Below are positions 1 to 11,432 of a stretch of 60,087 nucleotides of DNA, in pieces. Location of the stretch: contig MU004233.1 in NCBI GenBank assembly GCA_010405405.1, forward strand, positions 633,835 through 693,921. The letters run 5' to 3'. The stretch comes from Microthyrium microscopicum (lineage: Eukaryota). The notes below the pieces were generated by a model. That model had not been told where the DNA came from. It worked only from the letters and a program-made list of their open reading frames with translations, and did no database searches. Every line of letters begins with the position of its first letter. Position 1 is the first letter of the stretch. The position numbers were made by a program, and so were the translations under genes.

Positions 1-228
1 CAAATTGTGGTCAACGATGCTGTTGTCGTGAATCCTCCATACGCTGTTGAGGATTGCCGTGCGCCAAAGGATAAGCAGGCGGCGGAAAGCCAGATTAAGC
101 GAGTGCTGGAGGGCTTCTATGCGAAGAAAAAGGGTGGTCATGTGGGCAGTAATGCGAATAGTGGTGCGAATACACCTGTGCCGGGCGGAAACCGACCGGT
201 TCCTGCGTTACCGCGTAAGGGAGGCTGA
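1..228 (+). CDS. 3' end of LSM12-like (anticodon-binding AD domain) protein, partial
   Basis: The frame from base 1 reads QIVVNDAVVVNPPYAVEDC...IKRVLEG, matching the LSM12 AD-domain C-terminus (IxPPYxxEDC). The 5' part lies outside the window. Confidence 0.65.
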   Translation, partial: QIVVNDAVVVNPPYAVEDCRAPKDKQAAESQIKRVLEGFYAKKKGGHVGSNANSGANTPVPGGNRPVPALPRKGG

Positions 229-1012
229 TGTTTTGACTGTACAAGCGATCGCATCGCATTATCTGAATGGGATAGCTCTCTGCTTACAGAGGGTGATTGA
301 GATACCAGGTACTTGCTGTTAGCCGTGGCAAAATCAAATTTGATACCCCTAATTATGCAGCGCCTGTTGCTTCTATGTGCGGCAATCTTTGAATGGCCCA
401 TACTAACTCTGGAGCGCAACTCATAAAGCTAATCACTAGCGACTTTCGGCACTAGCTTTTGGCAGACTGGAACTGAGCTCTGGTACTGTGGGCGACTATT
501 GGAGAGGGTCGGTAGCTGAATCCTGAATTTTGTGAGATTAATGTCGGACTCCAGCGAACTGGGCAACCCCTTTGGATTATTAGAAGCTTACTAGAGTAGC
601 TTATATTTCAAGACTTTACTTATAAAGGGATCGGGAACTAGCTATCAATACTGACTAAAATTGACTATAACTATATATTCCCACAAAAGGCGCTGTCGTA
701 GTACATTAGGCCAAATGTTAGATTTTTGTCAGAGTATAAAATACCTAATAATGGCAAGATCCGAGCCTGACGGAAACAGGACGAGCTGAATGCCGACCCT
801 CTCCATTGACCCAACAGAACTTCGAGTATGATTGAAACTATGGGTGCCTAGAAAAAGTCCTCCTTGCACTAAGGTACTTGTAAACAACAATTCCGATACC
901 TATCTGTGGTCGTGTCTGCGAGCAATTGTCTTCCACAAATTACAAGTACCTCAGGATCTACCACTCGGAATCTTACAACATATCCAGACGCTTACAATCT
1001 CCAACTGTGAGG

Positions 1013-2212
1013 ATGGCCACTACCGGAGATGCCTACTGCCATGCCCTCCACCGTCAACCGGTTCACCAAGATCAACCAGACAGCCTTCGGGTACTCACAG
1101 GTAACAGGACCGTCTGTTGTCTCAACGTATTACCACCGCATGTATGGCTTCGCCTACGAGATCTGGAATTGTGTTTCCATCATTGTGGAAACGATGCATG
1201 TCACTGTGACCAAATGCATCAATGGTGGTCTGAAATCTGCACGTTTCTCTCAGAAAAACTACATCATCATGAGAGATTGCAGTGTATTGAACTAAAGATA
1301 AACTTTGGAGAACACAATACACTGTGGGAAATTGAAAAGCTCCTTTCGTCACTGAAAACTTTCCCGCCCCTTGCCGGTGTTCGATTGGAGGGTGGGACTT
1401 CTCTCACAATGTCCCTGCAAAAGGCTGCTATTCATGGAACGCTTGAAGAGGTCATGAACATTTTCAAGGCATACGGACAGAGGCTCACTTCACCGAGAAA
1501 GCCATCTACGACATTCAGTAAAGGTGGCTCTTTCCCGTTCGAAAGATTGCCCACCGAGATTCAAACAGTGGTTCTATCACACTGCACATTGGTCTGCGCC
1601 CCGAAAAGTTATCCACTATATGCTCTGGCCGACAAATCCTATTCCTGCTGCGGATTTTGTTCGGCAGACCAATGCTTCTGTCGAAGCATAAATCTCGACC
1701 CGCAATGGGTCTCATACTCAACTGCCTGCCAGTGCAGTCCTCCTCGGACATCGCCTTTGTTTGCTGTCAATTCAACCGTACGACGACTAGCATCCGAGTT
1801 ATTCTATGGCCAAAACAAATTCGTATGTGAAGGCACAATGACGACAATATCAGAGCAGATTGACACTGTTAAACCTGTATATCTGGCGCTGATCAAATCG
1901 ATTTCCATTCGTTTAGCACCATCGGGGCACACACCTGACGATGTAAGCATCTACCATGCATCACAACGACAGAAACTACTGGAGCTGTTGCAAAAGATCA
2001 AGAGCAGGTTTTCCTCGACACGTCTTGCATTACACTTCGATGTGCTGCCTAGCTGGTGTCTGCGTAACAGTGGCTGCGATCTCGTGTACGCGCAGCATTT
2101 TAAGAACGTCAAGGTTACCACAGACCTGGGCGATAGAGTTGAAACAGTGCTGGATACATTCACAGGTTACGACAATCGTGCCAGATGGAATCTTCCACCT
2201 CGCACACGCTAG
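1013..2212 (+). CDS. Cys-rich fungal F-box-like protein; 5' end uncertain
   Basis: Long ORF with first ATG at 1013. It has an internal FPFERLPTEIQTVVLSHC F-box-like motif followed by LFAVNSTVRRLASELFYGQNKF, typical of fungal F-box-like orphans. Confidence 0.55.
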   Translation: MATTGDAYCHALHRQPVHQDQPDSLRVLTGNRTVCCLNVLPPHVWLRLRDLELCFHHCGNDACHCDQMHQWWSEICTFLSEKLHHHERLQCIELKINFGEHNTLWEIEKLLSSLKTFPPLAGVRLEGGTSLTMSLQKAAIHGTLEEVMNIFKAYGQRLTSPRKPSTTFSKGGSFPFERLPTEIQTVVLSHCTLVCAPKSYPLYALADKSYSCCGFCSADQCFCRSINLDPQWVSYSTACQCSPPRTSPLFAVNSTVRRLASELFYGQNKFVCEGTMTTISEQIDTVKPVYLALIKSISIRLAPSGHTPDDVSIYHASQRQKLLELLQKIKSRFSSTRLALHFDVLPSWCLRNSGCDLVYAQHFKNVKVTTDLGDRVETVLDTFTGYDNRARWNLPPRTR

Positions 2213-2418
2213 ATCTAACCAGAAATATTTCTCTAAATCCCGTCGAACGAGCAGATATCAACTACTTTGTTCTTTCAGGCCTCACAATTCACGGAAGAAC
2301 ATAAGTCTTGTGTGCCAGCATGGAGATTGAAGCTACTCTACCGGTTTCAGGATGGTCATCATTTCCAATTTTCATTCTAGCTGCACTCACAAGGGGAAGA
2401 AATCAACCCAGCTGCCAC

Positions 2419-3436
2419 TCAACAAGCAGTGCCGACCTTGCAACTCTGAATCGGTGTAACCTTTGGCAAAGATTCCATCGCAGCCATCTCGACCGTCCAT
2501 CCATCAGCCTTAGCACCGCCCTTGAGGAAGAAGTCACTACTCTCCTCATTTCCACGCAACTGCCAGTCAAGCCAGAGACGCATCGCCTTGCCAAACTTTC
2601 CGCTGTTGACTTGAGACCATGTCGCCATGTGGCCGACGGGAAGATTACCCTTCCAGCGAGGAGTTGTAGCTGGCAGTTGCTTGTAGTCACGCTCGCCCTG
2701 GTACAAGTTAGAAATCTACTCAATAAAAATACGGGGAAGTCTAACGTTTTTGTATGCAATGTCTGATTCACCACCGAGAAAATAGAAGACTGGCTTGGTG
2801 ATTTTGAGCGTTAGTTTGGAGACGTTGAGCTCGCCAGAGTTGAAGACGCCGATTAGCTTGACAAGTGGATGCTCCCATACGCGAATGCTGCCAATGAGTC
2901 AATAACAGATCACGTAGCGGATTTTTTAACCGTCGTTGCTTACGTTTCGAGACCACCACAAGACTGACCGGCGGCTGCGACCCGAGTCTTATCTAAGTTG
3001 GCGTACTTTCCAACACCAGCGTTCTTTTCAATCCATTCAAGCGCTTGTTCCTGGAGAGGCGATTTGTCGGAATTCATTCCAGAAGTAGAGCTACCTCCCT
3101 TGGGGGTTCCCATCGCAATAGAAAAGATGCCATACGATGCTGATTCGAGCAGAGTCTTTCCGAATAGTGTTCCTACATCTCCCGTCAGCAATGTATTCAG
3201 TGAGCAAGTTGACATATCTCACCATTTCCAGAGCATGCTCCATTTCCCCAGATCAAAATTGGGAGTTTAGTACCAGCGGGTGGGTCAATTGGCATGTACA
3301 CAGTGTGTTTGGGAAGACCTGGCTCCTCGAAATAGCCAACTTTGAGTGGCCCTGTTTGACCTTTGCCGATCACAGGGGCAGACTGGGCGACGACCGATGA
3401 GGCCGCACTCAGCAGTATACCTACGGAGTACTTCAT
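2419..3436 (-). CDS. Secreted alpha/beta-hydrolase (esterase-like), 4 exons
   Basis: Signal peptide MKYSVGILLSAASSVVA, IWGNGAC, nucleophile elbow GQSCGG, acid motif FLGGESDIA and His motif PVGHMATW. Three GT-AG introns with branch sites join ORFs 3197-3436, 2940-3215 and 2419-2706. Confidence 0.85.
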
Positions 3437-4213
3437 TGTTGCTTTTTAAACGAATGCGTTATTGAAATCAAGAAGGGCCGAAATCGAAACAAAAAGATAG
3501 AAGATTGCTTTATTTTGTTTAAATAAGTACTTCAGGAACCGGCGTTCTACATGGTCCTGTCCTATATAGATCGGAAGTCGGTGGCCATATAATTTGTATA
3601 TGAAAGAGAAGAGCATCCATGGTTAGTCCAAGGATAGTCCAAGGATCCAACCAGACATGGCCCGGGCCCTATGGTTCGGTCCATGATCGCCGAATCCCAG
3701 GTGTAATAATCAGCGTTCTGATTTGTAACTAGTCGACGTGCTTTCTGGAGGATAATCTGACCAAATATGTTATGTGGCAAGCACAAGGACGAGGCACGTC
3801 GCTCTGCGTTCTTGATACGATATAACCTTCTGTTCAGATTGCAGGATCTCTAAAAAATTCGACGTATCATTAAAAGCAAGGGCTTGCTGTTAGGTCTGTG
3901 CTTCATCGCATGCCATACTCCATTGGGTAGTTTTATGAGGCGTCTTGATCTTCCTGAGTCCGCAATCAGATGGATAGATTTCGAGAGAGAATGAATATTT
4001 GCTTCCTGGAGTCCTTACCACGATTTGCTGTTGTGCCCCAAATACGACGTAAGACAAGGGACGGCGGCCGACACGGGTAGCCAGATCTTGATCTGACTTG
4101 CCCTACCCGTCCCAATCTCAAGATCTGCATTTTCTCTTAGCATTCTCGCTGCATGGGATTTACTTGGATGGAGCTGTTCAATAGTTGATGGCGTCGCTGG
4201 CAGCATCTGATGT

Positions 4214-6718
4214 TCAAAGCCGTCCTTGTATTGCAGGGTCATGGCTCTCAGATAGGTCAACAGGATATTTATCCAGATTTTCAAGCCCCTCAAGGACATC
4301 GCTTTCTTTAAGCGTTGCTCTGTCGCTTATCATGGCAGACTTGATCTTTTCGGCATCTGGTGAGCTCCAGAACTCTGGATAGCTCTCCTGAATCCACCAG
4401 CCTAGTTTCAGTCGCGTCACGGCTGTGACCCCAGCATTGTAAGTAGCATGGAGACTGCGATGAAATTAGACTCTCTCAATTCATCGCTTGGAGTCATCTT
4501 ACCTTTCGCTCTCATCAATTCCATATGCAACACCATCTTTTAGAGCTTCTTGAGCCTCTTCAAACTGATCTGTCTGGACGAGACTACCGATATATGTCCC
4601 AAGGATGCGTTCAGTAACAGGCACAATGTTCTCTTGCACCGTTCTCCAAACCTCTTTTGTTTGCTCTTGACCAACACTGGACCTGCCGCAAGCTTGAAGA
4701 ACCGCCACCGCACTATCTTCATTTGGTCCTTCTTTCATCTCAAAAAGCTCGTCCCAGAATCGTACAGCACCCCTGGCTTCGTCCCAGCCAACCTTCGCAA
4801 AAACACGCATCATCGTGTTCCACAGTTTTGTAGATGGGTCAACTCGTGTATCAATCTTCAGTTGATTCCAAACCATGTTCACAGCGCTTGGGTTGGTATG
4901 AAGTCCTTCTAGTGCTATGAGATATGTCTCCTCCGTCGGCTTGACCTCGTCCATCCAGTGTTCCCTCATGGCATTGAAGACTTGAAGTGCTCGCTCCGGT
5001 GACTCGCGCCGGATAAATTCTTGCATTAGCTGCTCACGAGTGTGGCGTGAAGTTTCCACAAATAGAGCCCGGATTATAGTGTAAGCGGTCCAGCTGGTTT
5101 CCTTGGAAACCTCGGGATCTTTGGCAACATCAACCAGTCTATCCACAACTAGTCGCCTACCAGCAGCGGTGTAGTTGAGACTGTGCTTTTTGATTACAAG
5201 AATTGCAGATTCATAATCCTCGCCGCGTAGGTAATACTCAACTATTTCGACCAAAGTCTCAGGTTGGAAGCGTCGAGTATATCGACCGTGATTATCCATC
5301 AGCTCATCGAAAGCAACCGGGTTCGGATTTCCCGCACGAGATAGAGCGCGAAGAAATATTTCCATGGGCGCTGGCATGTCATTTACATCAAGCGGCTCTA
5401 GTTCGTAAAGAATATGATCCCACGTCTTCAATGCACCATCGAGATCGCCGGTTTGAAGCTGAAACTCCACTCGTGGAAGCAAGGTGTAACCATTTGGGCG
5501 AATGTCCAGACTCTCGGCAAGCTCCAGATAGTCGCTGGCCAAAGCCGGGCTTTTGGTCTTGTAGGCATTCTGCACCAAAATATTGATGGTCTCAATGTCT
5601 GGTTCATAACCTTGAGCTTGAAGTCGTTCAACAGTCGCTTTAGCTGCTGCTCGCAGTTTACCAGAGGTCTCGAAGAGAACGAGAGTGTCGAACCATGCCT
5701 TTCTGTCTCCAATTTCCGAGTTTTGAGTCTCCCTGTCCGACAAAAGTTTATCAACCTTTGAAATAACGCTTCTAGCGATCGTCTCGTCTTTCGTTTGACT
5801 ACAAGCTGACAGCACATCCGCGGCTGGCCTCAAAGAACAGTTTTCTGAAGTCAAGAACAAAGGGTGTTCAATTACTTGCTTAGCCAGCTCTGGGTTTCCA
5901 ATTGCAACAAATCCTTGCGTAAAGATAGCCAACAGCGAGTCATTTGGTGTGGTTTCTGTCGCCAGAAATGTAGCCCATGCCTCCGTTAGTCCCTCAGGAT
6001 GATTATACTGAGAACGAACGAATGCCTTCCAGCAGGCCAGATCCCGAACACCTGGCATAAGAGAATGTGCAATATTGCTATAACCAGATTGTACGTAGCA
6101 CAGCACTTCCTGTGCAGTGACCCGATCATGGTCAACTTTCCCGTCCACGTCAGTCTTTCGGATGAATTGTGAGAGTTGGTTGGCCAAAATCCAATAAGAA
6201 TCCTGAAAGACAGGGTTGTTACGCGTCAAACCACTATCTGACTTTCCATAGTCAAAATTCGACATTGCAGTCAATGCTAATTGAGCATCCTCAACCGTGA
6301 CAGCAACATCGCCTAATTCATCGCTTTTCAAGAACTGGAAGACCTTGAGTAATATGCCCGTGTGAAAGTCGGTGACCAGTTCTTGCGAGGCTTCGCACTC
6401 GCGTAGAAAAGTAACGAACGATTTGGCGAGGTCTTTTTTTGGGGCTGTTCGATAGTTGATTGTGAGGTACATCCTAGCTTCTTCCAAAGCTTTGATATGA
6501 CGCCGGAGGTTGATTTCTTCTCGGCTTAATGCTAGGGATGACGTTTTCGTTCGGAGGGATTCGAATAAGTATCTTCGCTGGCTGTGTTGCACTGAAGCGC
6601 TTCGTGATATCGATGCATAAAGTGGACGGTATCGATGGCGAATGCGGAGATCGCGATGGAGGATAGATTCATTGGCGAGAATGCGCCGGAAAACTTGGCG
6701 TGTCAGTGAGGTCTGCAT
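4214..6718 (-). CDS. cia84: Mitochondrial PPR/helical-repeat protein, complex I intermediate-associated protein 84-like, 2 exons
   Basis: Arg-rich presequence MQTSLTRQVFRRILAN and PPR-like repeats (PDIETINILV, PSTKLWNTMMRVFA). An intron (GTAAG at ~4502) joins to ORF 4214-4420. Confidence 0.75.
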
Positions 6719-7206
6719 GGTCACTAAGATGCGTCAGGCCAGGTAAATCTTTGTGTCAACTTATAGATGTTAAGGAAATTGACAATTGTATGATTTTCTT
6801 GAGCGCAGAATTGACGTTAGATTATTCAGTATTTGGACCGTGCACCTGGTTGAGCTTCATCCCTGCTTCTTTAAGCCAGCCAATGATATATCTCAGCCTT
6901 GTCTTGGCAGCCTTATGAGGCACAACTTCATCTCTTTTCAATGCAGCAAGACACAGCAAGCAATCCCAATATTAAAGTTTATTCTCTATATATAATATCT
7001 GCATCGCCGTATCATAGCTTCATGCCTCCCGTATTTTACAAAGGTTACCAACAATAAATGCATACAACAACTGCACACCGTCGCATGTCAGACATCATGA
7101 ACTAGCGGAGGCCTACTCTTCACCTTGAATCCGACACCGCCTGATGATAATGAGAACATCCATTGATAAATACAGACGTCAACTTATACCAAACATATTC
7201 GTGACC

Positions 7207-8655
7207 TCAGACATGTTTTCCTTTGTTTTTAAAGGCTGATATCAAGCGGGATGTCGCACGTGGCTTCAAGCTCGGCCGAAGGGTCGTTTTGGTGTTGCTC
7301 TCGGCTGACGGAGCGTTCTCTTTGAGGGCAGTATAGTTCGCATATAGAAGAGTCGTCTTGATTCCGTTGATAGTACGAGCCTTATCAATGCCCATGGGAC
7401 GCTTCTCCGCATTCTTCAGTTCTCGTAGGGGTAGAGCGGTGGTGTTGCGCATTGGCATCAGTATGTCGCCGGAAGCATACGAGCCCAGGGGTGCAATGTT
7501 TTCTTTGTTCGTTGATTGTATACCATCTTGCATCTGGCTCTGTTCAATTCGATGATGCTCCTTCGAATCATGCTCCCGCTTGGCCCGTTTCGTCTTCTGA
7601 ACTTTACGAAGTCGAATTTTTGCCGAGGCGATGCAGCTGACCTCAAGCAAAATAGTATCAAGTCGGCTTGAGTCATGTTGTAGCTGTGCAATAGGCTCCA
7701 TATCGGCGATATTGTGCCGAATCACCAAGGCAAGAAAGCACTCATACCAGAGAGTGATGTTTTCTGTTCGAACGTCTTGATTGCGCATTGCCGGAAGGGA
7801 GATGTTGAGCCATTCCAAGTCTTCTACCAGGCTCTCGGCGAGAGCAGAGGCAGTCACCAAGTGTCCAGGATGCAGCAGCATCATCATTTCTTCGGAGACT
7901 GCAGTGGGTTTATACCACGTATATGGGCTCGCTCGTTGATTGATCTTGAAGATTGCCTCTTGATACTCGCCCGACGCCAGTAGTATATCAATTTCTCGAC
8001 GATATCCAGTCGCAACGTCGATTCTCTCTTTTAAAGGTTGTAGATCGCGTTCCACGAGCTCTGGATTGGTCTCCTTACGCAACCGCGAAATCTCTTCCCG
8101 AATTCTCTGCAGTTCGTTTTTATGTGCTGCGTCTATACTCAATAGCGGTGCTTTTGGTACAATCACTGGATTTGCACGTTGATGGAGCAAGTCGACTTGA
8201 CGACTCACCACTGGTTGGATCCTAAAATCAGGTGGAAAAGGTGCGGTGGGCCATTTCTCATCTTCTTCTTCATCGCTTTCCTCCTCCGATTCCTCGTCAC
8301 CGTCCTCGTCGTAGTCGTATTCCTTGGCCATGCGAGTCTTGATGCGCATCATTTCTTCATGCTTAAGCCGAGTGACACCTTCAGGAGTCTTGTAAAATTC
8401 TTTCTCGCTCAAAACCACCCGCTCTGGGTCTGAGTATCGATCAACAATGTCGGGGAATATGAAAGAGCCATTTCCCGCGCGTTGAGCATCCCAAAAGATT
8501 TGATCGTTCACCCACTCTTGGACACGAATCTTCTGAAGGCCATGGGGAGGCGCGCGTATAGGGGCGTCGTCTGCGTCGTAACGATATATGTTGTTTTTAT
8601 ACGGCGGTATAGGTTGAGTGAGTAACATGGTCTGTTGGGACATAACCATGGGCAT
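7207..8655 (-). CDS. Hypothetical protein, 482 aa (orphan cluster gene 1)
   Basis: Intronless long ORF with an acidic tract and coiled coil. Shares a ~95-aa motif set with the two neighbouring genes. Confidence 0.7.
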   Translation of the reverse strand: MPMVMSQQTMLLTQPIPPYKNNIYRYDADDAPIRAPPHGLQKIRVQEWVNDQIFWDAQRAGNGSFIFPDIVDRYSDPERVVLSEKEFYKTPEGVTRLKHEEMMRIKTRMAKEYDYDEDGDEESEEESDEEEDEKWPTAPFPPDFRIQPVVSRQVDLLHQRANPVIVPKAPLLSIDAAHKNELQRIREEISRLRKETNPELVERDLQPLKERIDVATGYRREIDILLASGEYQEAIFKINQRASPYTWYKPTAVSEEMMMLLHPGHLVTASALAESLVEDLEWLNISLPAMRNQDVRTENITLWYECFLALVIRHNIADMEPIAQLQHDSSRLDTILLEVSCIASAKIRLRKVQKTKRAKREHDSKEHHRIEQSQMQDGIQSTNKENIAPLGSYASGDILMPMRNTTALPLRELKNAEKRPMGIDKARTINGIKTTLLYANYTALKENAPSAESNTKTTLRPSLKPRATSRLISAFKNKGKHV

Positions 8656-9349
8656 CCGGGGACTCCCCAGGATTCCGGTTAGGTCTTGGATGCCAGAAAT
8701 TGTGGACAGGTCGTGATATGGCTGAAAAGGTTGTGATATGACTTCAGTCGCAATCGAGAACTTTGAGAATAATGGAATTGATTCGTGGATATGGCGGTGC
8801 TAGCGCGGATTGTCAAAAGCTGGGAGTGAGAGAAAAGTAGAGGGAGAGCATGGAGTAGATTAGCAACCAGACGAAAGTAGGAGATATACTTGTCAACAAT
8901 AGTGCCGGCTTTTCACTGCGATTTGCTGCCTGGAGCCTGGATAACTTCACTCAGAGGTTTTTTCACCAAATTTTGAGGTGGTAATAATTTTAGGTTGCCA
9001 GTTGGTCTCCTGATTCAACCAACAGGTACCTGGAGCCGAATGACACTCGCAAGCTTAACAATAAGTTGAAAGTTCATGTCGTGACTATCTTTTTTCTCTG
9101 GCTCGCAAACCCTGGATCTTGGTTTAAGCTCATCGAATGTCTTGGACGGAATATAATCAAGGTACTTGGCATTTGAATTGACTAATAAGGATACACTTCG
9201 TGCAAATGCTATTTTAATTTGATATTCTCGACCATTGTTATAGCGGAAGTGACAACTTGATAGCTGGCCGGCTGACCTGGCTCTGGAAACGACCACCTTA
9301 CCGCGGGAGCAGCTCTAGGAGCCCACAACCCTACGCTCTCGATTGCTAT

Positions 9350-10258
9350 TCAAAATGGGGATGATGGTGCTCGCCGACGACGGTTCTCTCTCGCCAATCT
9401 ACCCCGAGTAGGGATGGGACGTGGGGGTGGAGGAATCCGGTTCGGTGGGGTAACGAACTGATCGGGACGCGGATTCAAAGCTATAGCTGATGCGTAGCTT
9501 GGAGGTGGATTACTTCCTACACTCGCCAGACCCATGCCAGGAGGACCCAGGCCGAGAGGACCCACACCAGGAAGACCCATACCAGGAGGACCCATACCAG
9601 GAGGAGGAGGAGCATGCTGCTGTTGACCAGCCTGGACATTTGTAATGGAAGCATCAGGCGAGTCCTGAAGATCGGTGAGTGACCATCCGCCTAGTCCGTG
9701 AGGTCGACCTTCACGAACTGCTTGACCAAGACGTTGTAGCATTTGGTCGTTACGGGATCGTATGCGGTCTTGGGCCCGTTGGTCTTCTCTAGCAATTCGA
9801 CGTTTCACAGCTGCAATTTCCGAACGGATCAGAATCGCAAGATATCGAGACACTCGTATATCTCGATCTGGCATGAGACCAGCAGCTGGATGAAGACGAA
9901 GATTATATCCTGCTGCTGCTTTGGCCATCGAGTATAACTCGGTAATGGTCTCTGGTGGTAAGATTTCTGAAGCGTTTTCCGCAAGCTCCGTACCCACGGG
10001 CCACTCGAAAGTCCTATCGCGTGCTTCGATATGCAAAATAGCTTTGTAGGGTGATTCTTCAGCGCCTTCTTTTAATAACGCATCAATGGCTTTAGAGTCC
10101 GGCGATCGAGAACGGTGTGATTCGTTCAAAGCCGATATCCGAGTCTCTGCAAGAGTTCGTAGTATTTGGCCAATGTCTTGGCTGGGAAGATCCTCTTCGG
10201 TCTTCGCAAAGCGCTGAAACCGAGTTTCTAGGTCTTTGACGTGGTCGTTGTTCAGCAT
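9350..10258 (-). CDS. Hypothetical protein with Pro/Gly-rich tail (orphan cluster gene 2)
   Basis: Long ORF with first ATG at 10258 (MLNNDHV). Has the shared domain and GMGPP repeats. Confidence 0.7.
   Translation of the reverse strand: MLNNDHVKDLETRFQRFAKTEEDLPSQDIGQILRTLAETRISALNESHRSRSPDSKAIDALLKEGAEESPYKAILHIEARDRTFEWPVGTELAENASEILPPETITELYSMAKAAAGYNLRLHPAAGLMPDRDIRVSRYLAILIRSEIAAVKRRIAREDQRAQDRIRSRNDQMLQRLGQAVREGRPHGLGGWSLTDLQDSPDASITNVQAGQQQHAPPPPGMGPPGMGLPGVGPLGLGPPGMGLASVGSNPPPSYASAIALNPRPDQFVTPPNRIPPPPRPIPTRGRLARENRRRRAPSSPF
9526..9612 (-). repeat. 15-bp coding tandem repeat (PPGMG/LPGVG)
   Basis: Encodes PPPPGMGPPGMGLPGVGPLGLGPPGMGL. Confidence 0.8.
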
Positions 10259-11432
10259 ATTGTTGAGAACTCCGATGGATGCTCTTTGATGGACGTGATT
10301 GACGTAAAAGAACAGTCGGAACTGCTGAGAAGAAGGCTTGGAAGTAGAGTGTAGCACAATGATTGTTTATTTGAAGAAGCTGGGAAGGATTTCGGTTGAA
10401 TGGGGTTGGTGTTGTTGTGTAAAGATTCAGGTGTGGTAAACGAATTTGGAGCAAGCAGGAAATTGTCAGTCACGAACTCCGGGAAAACTTGGTCTCTGGG
10501 CTAGTTTGTTTAGTTACTGCAGTGAGCAGAACTCTGGTTTGATGCTTGTCACTTTAAGGACATTGTACAAGACTTAAGCCTGAGTTGGAGGTGGCATAAA
10601 GCTGCCGCCGGTGTCACTCAGCTTTGAATTTATGAATGCGGAGCGTCTAGATTTGCTGTACACCTCCTTATCATCCAATCCACCTACTTTGGGTAGTCAC
10701 TGTTATGTTCCTGGCCTCAGACCTTGACTTCAGATTGTATTATGGTTAAGGTACCGAAATCTAAATTACGTTATATAACCAACTTGACCTACCTCGCCGG
10801 TACCATTACCTTCACTCGAGCACGTCAAATATTCATGTCTGTTGCATGTGAGCGAAGCTGGACGCACCAGGCTAAAGTGAATTGTTTGTGAAAGGTTTGT
10901 CACTTGCCCAATCTTCCCCAAAACAGTCAGTGACATCTTTGGTATGCAGCATAATACTGAACGCTACTATCTGTCACGAAACAACTGGAAGCAATGGCTG
11001 GGGGCTGTTGAGCAGACAACTTGTAAGCTTGCGTACGAAGGACTGATTAAGTACCTAGGTGAATAAAGTTATGTTAGGTGAGAAATACAAGGATATGAAA
11101 GCTGTCTGGCCAGTCCTGTTATTGATTGTTATGATAGTTGTCGAATGAATAAGGGGCTGGGAGTGAACCTGAACGATGGCCGTTCGTGGTGTAATTGAAT
11201 TGTACGGAGACTCAGATGACATAGTAATATTTGTTGGTGCCGATCATTTTTCATTCCCTGAGATCAGATATAGAAATTTTGATATCGCAAGCATATTCAG
11301 CACTTTCGTACATTAGAGAAACCCTGCAGGTACTTCTTATCATTAAAGGGTTCATTCATACCAAACAATTGAGGCAATCCATCACAATATAAAGCCCTCT
11401 ACAGTAGACATGCCAACCCGCATCCCCCCACT

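Noticed and set aside
570..740. TpA-rich patches (also ~13080-13220 and ~13780-13860) as small RIP relics
   Set aside because: They are too short and retain CpA/TpG, so they cannot be distinguished from ordinary AT-rich intergenic DNA.
2308..2774. Overlapping 152-aa and 123-aa ORFs, and the many other short antisense ORFs in the track
   Set aside because: These are shadow frames of real spliced genes with no independent motifs.
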